Assembly (NCBI GenBank): GCA_027623195.1
Contig: JAQBUT010000016.1
Span: 18,697-82,696 of the forward strand
DNA from: Chloroflexota bacterium
GTDB lineage: Bacteria > Chloroflexota > Dehalococcoidia > Lucifugimonadales > JADFKI01
Direction of reading: 5' to 3'
DNA: 64,000 bases
Part shown: piece after piece, positions 57,588 to 64,000 of the stretch
Position numbering within the stretch: position 1 is the stretch's first letter
Layout: each line of letters opens with the position of its first letter
The notes under the pieces: model-generated
The model's input: only the letters and a program-made list of their open reading frames with translations
The model's database searches: none
Told to the model about the DNA's origin: nothing
Position numbers and translations under genes: made by a program

Positions 57588-58085
57588 CTATCGCTCAGTT
57601 TGCCCGACACTACGCCAAAAGGAGCGCCATCGATGTGGCGGCCAGATTCGGCGGCTGACCCTTCCTATAATCGCTATGGAAGCCACAGGCCCGTAGTCCC
57701 GACTGTCGGTGCTGTGGGCGCGGTTGTCCCCCATCAGGAAGTAGTGGTCGCCGTCCATTTGCCATGAATAGCTTTCCGTACCCAGGTAAGCCGGAAGCCC
57801 ATGCAGGTACGTCTCATGAAGACGCTCACCGTTGATTAACAGCAGGCCGTCCTCCAGAACCAGGAGTTCCCCAGGCATGCCCACTACCCGCTTCACGTAG
57901 TATTGATTCGTGCTGCCAGGTCCGTTAGCTATGACTATGTCCCCGCGGTGCAAGTCCGGGCTTGGCGCTGGCAATTTTCGCACCAGTAGGATGTCGTTAG
58001 GTTGGAGGGCTGGATTCATGCTGATTCCGTCAACGATGTAAATCCAGGGGAGGCTGTAAATCCGCAAATCCATAAATCCATGCAT
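57588..58085 (-). CDS. sodX: S26 peptidase, probable Ni-SOD maturation protease
   Basis: GISM.P (Ser), VKRV (Lys), GDNR.HSTDSR; divergent from sodN. Confidence 0.75.
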   Translation of the reverse strand: MHGFMDLRIYSLPWIYIVDGISMNPALQPNDILLVRKLPAPSPDLHRGDIVIANGPGSTNQYYVKRVVGMPGELLVLEDGLLLINGERLHETYLHGLPAYLGTESYSWQMDGDHYFLMGDNRAHSTDSRDYGPVASIAIIGRVSRRIWPPHRWRSFWRSVGQTER

Positions 58086-58148
58086 TTATTGCCAACAGAC
58101 GCTAAAACTTGCGCCACGTGAGCGATTAATGTATCTTTTTTAACGATC

Positions 58149-58163
58149 TTAGAATCACTCTAA
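58149..58163. promoter_or_regulatory. PerR/Fur-family 7-1-7 operator upstream of sodN
   Basis: TTAGAAT-C-ACTCTAA (one mismatch from a perfect inverted repeat), abutting the AAGGA RBS. Confidence 0.55.
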
Positions 58164-58179
58164 AAAGGATGGTACTTCC

Positions 58180-58650
58180 ATGAAACTCCGACAACTTCTA
58201 CCCTACCGGATTGCCGAAGCCCACTGCGACGTGCCCTGCGGCATCTACGATCCCGTTTCGGCCAAAATTGCAGCCCAGACGGTGCTGAAGATGACCATGC
58301 GAATTCAGGGTCTAGAGGGCAACACCTCGGGCTCCCCGCAGGACCGCCAGACCTATGCCAACAACATCGGACGATACGTCGTCGTTAAGGAAGAGCACGC
58401 GACGGTCGCCAAGAAAGAGTTGGACATACTTTGGCACGACTACTTCCGCCCCGACCATCTAGAGGCCTACCCGGACCTGCACACCAAGTTCTGGATGGCC
58501 ACCAAACTCGCTTCCCAGGCCAAGCAGGCCGTGAACCTCGAAGCGGCTCAGCAGCTAGTTGCCGCCGTCGATGACATCGCGAAGATCTTCTGGGCCACCA
58601 AAGGCGTAGAGTACAGCGATCCGAATTCCGCCGTTCGTTTCGGCGCATAG
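58180..58650 (+). CDS. sodN: nickel superoxide dismutase precursor
   Basis: 14-aa leader ending AEA, then nickel hook HCDVPCGIYDP; KEEH, LWHDYF. Confidence 0.97.
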   Translation: MKLRQLLPYRIAEAHCDVPCGIYDPVSAKIAAQTVLKMTMRIQGLEGNTSGSPQDRQTYANNIGRYVVVKEEHATVAKKELDILWHDYFRPDHLEAYPDLHTKFWMATKLASQAKQAVNLEAAQQLVAAVDDIAKIFWATKGVEYSDPNSAVRFGA

Positions 58651-58670
58651 TCCCCACTTCTAGAAACTCT

Positions 58671-58700
58671 GAAAGGGGCGCTCTATTGAGCGCCCTTTTC
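58671..58700. terminator. bidirectional intrinsic terminator
   Basis: GAAAGGGGCGCTC-TATT-GAGCGCCCTTTTC between convergent genes. Confidence 0.85.
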
Positions 58701-58710
58701 GTCATTGATC

Positions 58711-59040
58711 CTAATTGATGTTCGGCGTTTCTCTGCTGTCGAATATACCTAGAAACACCGACCACTGTCCCGAGCCTACCAAGCTAAACTCTACCCCACC
58801 TGGAATGAAATATGACTCGCCCTGGCGTACTATTCTTGTCACCCCGCTTATTGTGAACTCCACAGCGCCCTGCATTACGAACCCGCTCTAATCATGGCCG
58901 TGGCTGTGCTTTGGCATAACAGCGTTGGGTGCGATCTCCACCAGGCCTTTAGTGTGGCCCTCCTCCGACATAACTCGTACCGTAATGCCAGGTGCAGGTT
59001 CCCTTCGTTCAATATCATCAGTATCTAAAAGAAATCTCAT
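58711..59040 (-). pseudogene. cupin paralog with in-frame TAG at codon 51 (not in ORF track)
   Basis: Hand translation MRFLLDTDDIERREPAPGITVRVM...MPKHSHGHD*SGFVMQGAVEFTISG...TPNIN*; collinear with both neighbouring cupins. Confidence 0.85.
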
Positions 59041-59136
59041 ATCGTAACTAACATCTCTGGTCTCCTGTTTTTAGGGCGTTCATTTTGGCCGACACCCAAA
59101 AATTAAACGGGCATTTCAATCAACGCTCTTTAGGTT

Positions 59137-59466
59137 TTAGGCGATGTGTTCATCTTCGCCTGAAACGAAAATTATCATGAACAGCGACGAAACCTCGGAG
59201 CCGACAAACCCAATCTCCGCACCACCTGGGACAAGGAACATGTCCCCTTGGCGCACCATTTTGGTCTCACCGTCAATGGTTAGGTCCATCTTCCCCTGCA
59301 TGACCACACCGCTCTTTTCACCGCTGTGACTGTGTTTAGGCATCGTGGCGTTTGGCGCCACTTCGACGAGGCCAGTGGTGAGAGTGTTCTGCAACATAAA
59401 TCTCGCGATGATGCCGGGCGCCATCTCGGCTCGTTTTACCTGTTCGGGATCCACGAAGTATTTCAT
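59137..59466 (-). CDS. cupin domain protein
   Basis: APNATMPKHSH..E...V.QG...TIDGET....GD...VPGG. Confidence 0.85.
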   Translation of the reverse strand: MKYFVDPEQVKRAEMAPGIIARFMLQNTLTTGLVEVAPNATMPKHSHSGEKSGVVMQGKMDLTIDGETKMVRQGDMFLVPGGAEIGFVGSEVSSLFMIIFVSGEDEHIA

Positions 59467-59656
59467 TTTGAGAGCCTTATTGATCCTTATTGGTAAGTGG
59501 CGGATCCAACGACCCGGTTAGTATTGCAGGCGATATGAGGCCTGGCTGTGAGGAATTCATTAAGTGACATTAACATTAAGGATACTTTACCCTTTAAATT
59601 GTACGTCAGAATTCAGTTCGTGGTTTTCCAAATAAATTAGGCGATTAATACTGAAT

Positions 59657-59998
59657 TTAGGTCTTGTAGTCCTCTCGTGGCGGACTGAATATATCGATGC
59701 ATAGTGACCAACCGTTGGAGCCGACAAGGCTGTGTTGGACGTTGCCTGGAATCATGTATGCGTCGCCCTGGCGCATCGTCTTCGTCTCATCTCCTATGGT
59801 GAACTCGAACTCGCCCTGCAACACAAGGCCACCCTGTTCGTTGGCATGCCTATGAGGTGGAAGCACAGCGTTCGGGGCGATCTCTACCATGCTCATCATG
59901 ATGTTCTCCCCCCACATTATGCGCAAAGTAATGCCAGGGGCCAGTTCCCGCCTCTCAACCTCGCCAGGGTTCATAAAATACTTCATTGGTTTTTCCAT
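59657..59998 (-). CDS. cupin domain protein (Cupin_2/KdgF-like)
   Basis: HRHANEQ, IPGNVQH, DIFSPPREDY. Confidence 0.9.
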   Translation of the reverse strand: MEKPMKYFMNPGEVERRELAPGITLRIMWGENIMMSMVEIAPNAVLPPHRHANEQGGLVLQGEFEFTIGDETKTMRQGDAYMIPGNVQHSLVGSNGWSLCIDIFSPPREDYKT

Positions 59999-60023
59999 GT
60001 CTTACCTCCCTTGCTGACAGGTA

Positions 60024-60950
60024 TTACCGGGTGAGTCTTCCTTCATTGTCCGCGATGCGCAGGCAGGCCGTAATGAATTCGTTTGCCGGAGTGGGTACGC
60101 CAAGTTCTTGGCCCTTGCGGGAAACCGCGCCGTTCAGCACGTCTATCTCAAGAGGGTTTCCCACCATAAGGTCCAGGTACATGGAGGATACGAAATCCTT
60201 CTCCTGAAGAAAACCTGCCAGGGTAGTCTCCACAAGATGGTCATCTAACAGCACACCAGCGGCTTGGCCCACCTCGTACACTTCACGCATAACCTGTTCG
60301 GTCATGCTAAGTGTTTCTGGGGTTCGCAAGACATCCTGGAAAGGTGCGCGGGTAATGCAACTCATGCCGCTTAAAGCGCAAATATAGACCAGCTTATTCC
60401 AAAGTGCCTTAAGCACATTTTCCGATAGGACGGCATCGATGCCGGCATTCCGCAGCGTGCCCTCGATTTTTGCTGCCCTAGCGGTACGCTCGCCATTGGC
60501 CTCCCCGAATGATATTCGGATGGAATTACCTATGTCCGCCACAACGCCTGGAGCCTTGCGCATGGCGTCTATGTAAGCCGCGCCCAGCAGCACTTTATCT
60601 GGGCCGAACTTGGACGCTAACTGGTCGCCACTGCCGATGCCGTTTTGCAGGGTTAGGATTGCGGTTCCATCCCCAACCGCCGGCGCAATGACCTCTATCG
60701 CCTCCGCATTGTCGTAACCCTTCACGCAAAACAGTATCAGGTCGGCCTTCCAGGAACCATCCGGTTTCGCCAGGGCCTTAGGATGGACGACGAAATCATC
60801 CTTGGTGGCGCTTTCAACGCGAAGACCGTCGCGTCGGATAGCCTCCAGGTGTGCTCCCCGCGCCACGAAGACCACGTCTTCCCCTGCCCTTGCCAGCAAT
60901 CCGCCGTAGCAACCACCTACAGCGCCGGACCCCATAACGAGAATTACCAT
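60024..60950 (-). CDS. panE: 2-dehydropantoate 2-reductase (PanE/ApbA family)
   Basis: GSGAVG, CVKGY, QNG, WNKL, SSM..D, EID.LNG. Confidence 0.85.
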   Translation of the reverse strand: MVILVMGSGAVGGCYGGLLARAGEDVVFVARGAHLEAIRRDGLRVESATKDDFVVHPKALAKPDGSWKADLILFCVKGYDNAEAIEVIAPAVGDGTAILTLQNGIGSGDQLASKFGPDKVLLGAAYIDAMRKAPGVVADIGNSIRISFGEANGERTARAAKIEGTLRNAGIDAVLSENVLKALWNKLVYICALSGMSCITRAPFQDVLRTPETLSMTEQVMREVYEVGQAAGVLLDDHLVETTLAGFLQEKDFVSSMYLDLMVGNPLEIDVLNGAVSRKGQELGVPTPANEFITACLRIADNEGRLTR

Positions 60951-61036
60951 TCAATCGTCCTCCGATTGCTAATCATAGCCCGGTCATGGCCAAAGGCGCA
61001 AAGGAAGGTTAGCGAAACCTGTTACGTTTCATGAAT

Positions 61037-61065
61037 TTGACATCTCATGCGGGCGTGACTAGACT
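61037..61065 (+). promoter_or_regulatory. putative sigma70 promoter of the LLM gene
   Basis: TTGACA, 17 nt, TAGACT. Confidence 0.6.
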
Positions 61066-61113
61066 TTGGCCAAATGTCCAATGAAAAAAAACAGCCTCAT
61101 AAGGAGATGCTCA

Positions 61114-62250
61114 ATGAAATTCGGACTTCTGTACGAGCTGCAACGTCCCCATGGTGACGATTTCAAGATTGACTATACGGCGTTAATAAATGAGACGCTG
61201 GAGCAGTGCATATTGGCCGACGAGGTTGGCTTTGATTACCTATGGTTCGTGGAACATCACTTTCTAACTAGCTTCTCGGGGTCGTCTGCGCCCGAGGTAA
61301 TCATCTCCTCGCTGGCAAGACTAACCAGTCGAATTCGCCTGGGATTCGGCGTTGTCGTTCTTCCACACCATCATCCAGTGCAGGTCGCAGAACGCCTGGC
61401 CATGGTTGACCACCTTTCCGGCGGGCGCGTGGAGTTCGGCATAGGACGCAGCAGCCCATATGAGCAGCTGGGACTCGGCGTGGACCCCAGGGATACCCGC
61501 GAGATTATGGAAGAAGCCATGCAGGTGGTGCCCAAGATTTGGCAGACCGAGGGCAACTTCTCCTGGGAAGGCAAGCACTTCAGCATCCCAGAGCGGGAGA
61601 TTCTCCCAAAGCCGAAACAGGACCCACATCCACCAATCTGGATGGCATGTACCCAGGCAACCAGCTACGAGATGGCTGCGGCGAACGGCGTTGGCGTTCT
61701 CTCCTTCGGCTCCGGCGCTCCAGCGGGCTTGAAACAGCACGTGGACAATTACCGCGAAAATATCAAGAGTGCCAAGCCAGTCGGTGGATTCGTGAACAAC
61801 CAGTGGGCCAACTTCACGTTGGGACATTGCGGCGATAACAATGCGGAGGCCCAACAATTGGGCGCCAATGCCATCAAGGAATTCTTTGGACCAAATCGGC
61901 CATACACTGCGGACCGCAAGGATGTTTATGACAAACTACTAGAGGCATGGGGCGGAGTTCCCGATCACTTGCAGGCCAACTTCTCTCGCTTCCAGGGCGG
62001 CGAGCAGGATCTTGGCGGCGGTGGAGCCCCCAGAGCGGCTCTAGGCGAGCTTCCTGCGGATCTTCTGGCTGAACGTGGCGTAATCGTTGCGGGCAACCCT
62101 GACAGCTGCATTCAGTCGGTCAAGCGTCACGAGGAGATCGGCGTAGACCAGACGCTGCTCATCATGCAGAGCGACCAGATTCCTCACAAGAAGGTCATGA
62201 GTTCCATCAAGCTATTCGGCGAGCAGGTGATTCCAGCCTTCAGGGGCTAG
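61114..62250 (+). CDS. LLM-class (luciferase-like) flavin-dependent oxidoreductase
   Basis: GFDYLWFVEHHF, HP.QVAE..A.VD.LSGGR.EFG.GR, PKPKQDPHPPIW; AAGGAG before ATG 61114. Confidence 0.93.
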   Translation: MKFGLLYELQRPHGDDFKIDYTALINETLEQCILADEVGFDYLWFVEHHFLTSFSGSSAPEVIISSLARLTSRIRLGFGVVVLPHHHPVQVAERLAMVDHLSGGRVEFGIGRSSPYEQLGLGVDPRDTREIMEEAMQVVPKIWQTEGNFSWEGKHFSIPEREILPKPKQDPHPPIWMACTQATSYEMAAANGVGVLSFGSGAPAGLKQHVDNYRENIKSAKPVGGFVNNQWANFTLGHCGDNNAEAQQLGANAIKEFFGPNRPYTADRKDVYDKLLEAWGGVPDHLQANFSRFQGGEQDLGGGGAPRAALGELPADLLAERGVIVAGNPDSCIQSVKRHEEIGVDQTLLIMQSDQIPHKKVMSSIKLFGEQVIPAFRG

Positions 62251-62277
62251 GCCAGACCTTAATCGGAGTCTTTTCAT

Positions 62278-62317
62278 GCCGGGTGGCCCTCATGTCGGGG
62301 CCACCCGGCTTCTTGTT
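62278..62317 (+). terminator. intrinsic terminator after the LLM gene
   Basis: GCCGGGTGGCCC-loop-GGGCCACCCGGC followed by TTCTTGTT. Confidence 0.85.
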
Positions 62318-62404
62318 CGGCGAGTTTGAGCTTAATAGAGATTTGAAGGCATGATATGCTAATATGCGCCCATTCAATTCCGACCGTCCTCACCGAGGCG
62401 ACCA

Positions 62405-63529
62405 GTGCCCGATATACCTGATTCTTCCTTGGACATCCCCGAACGCTACGAAGACGTCACCGCCGAGTGGCTAACACAGGCGTTGCGGGCCGGCGGAGTT
62501 ATTGGCGACCAATCCGTCAGCAGCTTCCACGTTGAGCCTATTGATGCATCCAGATCGCGAGCGAGCAGTTTAGCCAGGATCGCAGTAGAGTACGACGGAC
62601 ACTCAGAAGGTCTGCCACATTCTATGTTCGCGAAATTCGTCAGCCGCCTCCCGGCCAACAGGGAGCGCGCGGACCAACGAAACGTATTCAGGACGGAAAT
62701 CGCGCTATACCAAAGTCTTGGGCGGTCCATGCCGATGAATATGCCGCGAATGTATTTCGGCCTTGCCAAAGAAGGAACGGATGTCGCGGTGCTTTTGCTG
62801 GAAGAAATCGAGGGCATTTCGAAAGCCGGGCTCCCCTTGGCGCAGGAGTGGTCACTTACGACATCCGAGGCCGTCCTCGCCTTGAAAGAGGTGTCGAAGA
62901 TGCATGCCAGATGGTGGAAGGATCCAAAGCTAGGGGAGCACGCGTGGCTTCTGCCAGTCGACTGTGAACGACAGAGAAATTCGTTTCGGTCTTACCAGGG
63001 GGCATGGGCAAAATTGCGGCCAGTTTTAGAACCGGCGCTCAGCTCTGCCGAAGTCGAACTCTGCGATGCGCTGTCGGAGTATTTACCGACCCTCCTGTCT
63101 GATCTGGCCCGGATGCCCGTAACTCTATGTCACGGTGACTACCACGTTGGCAATCTGCTTTGGGACCAATTAGGTCACCCCGGGGCTGTTTGGGCGGTTG
63201 ATTGGCAGGTAGCCGTCGCAGGACCTGTTGTCCTGGATGTCACCTGGCTGCTGGGAATCGGCGTACCGAGATCAGACCTACACCTCGTTCGGCAAGTATA
63301 CCTTCCGGAATATCATAGGGCCCTTATTGGCGGTGGAGTAACCGACAACGACTACGAGGATTTCAAAAGTGATTATAGGCTCGGATTGCTGAACGTACTG
63401 CACCATACGGTCGTTGTTTTGGCCGTCGTGGATTTGGCCCGGGAGGACTCCCTGGAAGTGGTCCGTCTCCTGGTGGGCAATATAGCAGCCGTGGCAGTGG
63501 ACGCCGGCTGTGGTGAGCTTATCGCTTGA
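62405..63529 (+). CDS. aminoglycoside/choline phosphotransferase-like kinase (APH/EcKL)
   Basis: EWLT.AL, LLLEE, HGDYHVGN (Brenner motif), DWQ. Confidence 0.85.
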   Translation: MPDIPDSSLDIPERYEDVTAEWLTQALRAGGVIGDQSVSSFHVEPIDASRSRASSLARIAVEYDGHSEGLPHSMFAKFVSRLPANRERADQRNVFRTEIALYQSLGRSMPMNMPRMYFGLAKEGTDVAVLLLEEIEGISKAGLPLAQEWSLTTSEAVLALKEVSKMHARWWKDPKLGEHAWLLPVDCERQRNSFRSYQGAWAKLRPVLEPALSSAEVELCDALSEYLPTLLSDLARMPVTLCHGDYHVGNLLWDQLGHPGAVWAVDWQVAVAGPVVLDVTWLLGIGVPRSDLHLVRQVYLPEYHRALIGGGVTDNDYEDFKSDYRLGLLNVLHHTVVVLAVVDLAREDSLEVVRLLVGNIAAVAVDAGCGELIA

Positions 63530-63542
63530 CCGGGGCATCGGC

Positions 63543-63587
63543 GTCAAGCTCTTCGGCGGGTGGTTCATACCCGCCTTCAAGGGCTAG
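63543..63587 (+). repeat. diverged copy of the last 15 codons of the LLM gene (62206-62250)
   Basis: 35/45 nt identical, ungapped; VKLFGGWFIPAFKG* vs IKLFGEQVIPAFRG*. Confidence 0.75.
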
Positions 63588-63889
63588 GACTTCAGCTCGA
63601 TCAGAACGTTCTTGTACCGGGTGGCGCTGTTATTGACCACCCGGTGCACCTGGTGGTCGTCGTGGTAGCGCCACGTGCCGGGCGATGATGGGTTTTCTCG
63701 CGAGGTGCCGTCGTCGAACTCGGCGACCAGGCCGTCGCCTTCGACGACAACCGTTACGTAGTCGCGGCCGTGCAGGTGCCAGCCGCTGGCCTCGCCCGGC
63801 TCGACAATCAGGTTCCAAATCTTGACCTTGTCGTTCTCGAACAGGACCTGGGATGCGACATCTCCCAACGGCTCGTTTCCTCTAGGCAT
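63584..63889 (-). CDS. cupin domain protein
   Basis: LFENDKVKIW, PGE...HLH, H.V.N, IELK; AGGAG upstream. Confidence 0.85.
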   Translation of the reverse strand: MPRGNEPLGDVASQVLFENDKVKIWNLIVEPGEASGWHLHGRDYVTVVVEGDGLVAEFDDGTSRENPSSPGTWRYHDDHQVHRVVNNSATRYKNVLIELKS

Positions 63890-63912
63890 TTTCAAACTCC
63901 TGGCGTGTCGAC

Positions 63913-64000
63913 TCAGTGCTTCATCTCAACAATGGCGTTGCTGTATAGCTCTGTACCTACGTTGGTGACTCTATGAAGAGACCCCTTCTGACCCATAACG
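63913..64000 (-). CDS. 3' end of another cupin, paralog of 63584-63889 (partial; not in ORF track)
   Basis: Hand translation ...VMGQKGSLHRVTNVGTELYSNAIVEMKH* matches QVHRVVNNSATRYKNVLIELKS. Confidence 0.7.
   Translation of the reverse strand, partial: VMGQKGSLHRVTNVGTELYSNAIVEMKH

Noticed and set aside
58888..58890. Genome-wide TAG reassignment
   Set aside because: Many conserved genes here (sufC, cysS, sodN, LLM) end at TAG at the expected length
1..64000. CRISPR array, tRNA/rRNA, IS or integrase, defence system
   Set aside because: No regularly spaced repeats, tRNA arms, transposase/integrase motifs or recognisable defence genes seen by eye; short or divergent elements could have been missed

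Overview
A gene-dense bacterial chromosomal window, mid-50s %GC by eye. Gene content and style suggest a marine aerobic Chloroflexota, Dehalococcoidia/SAR202-like (inference). In order it holds: (1) a complex I operon nuoA-B-C-D-H-I-J-K-[DUF2007-like]-L-M(partial) with no nuoEFG; (2) a divergent, tightly packed 12-gene run joining hopanoid genes (polyprenyl synthase, hpnH, hpnG, shc, yjbQ, hpnD-like) to an unexplained module (2-hydroxyacid dehydrogenase with altered catalytic residues, LsrK-like FGGY kinase, class II aldolase, small hypothetical, extended SDR, nucleoside hydrolase); (3) a suf operon with two SufU, an Rrf2 regulator, a Rieske ferredoxin and an IscR-like operator; (4) an opine dehydrogenase/amino-acid oxidase/flavin monooxygenase/ureohydrolase/DUF3830 cluster; (5) housekeeping genes (TatD, LysR, PIN-TRAM-ispD-ispF-cysS, secG, yvcK, gatB, pcm); (6) a tetrapyrrole operon led by a fused siroheme decarboxylase; (7) sodX/sodN with a PerR/Fur-like box; (8) a cupin triplet, one copy carrying an in-frame TAG and missed by the ORF track; (9) panE, an LLM monooxygenase, and a phosphotransferase flanked by a duplicated LLM 3' end. 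I saw no tRNA, rRNA, CRISPR array or transposase. The best candidate for an undescribed system is the extended hopanoid operon (9039-21060). All product calls come from motif recognition by eye; no searches were run.
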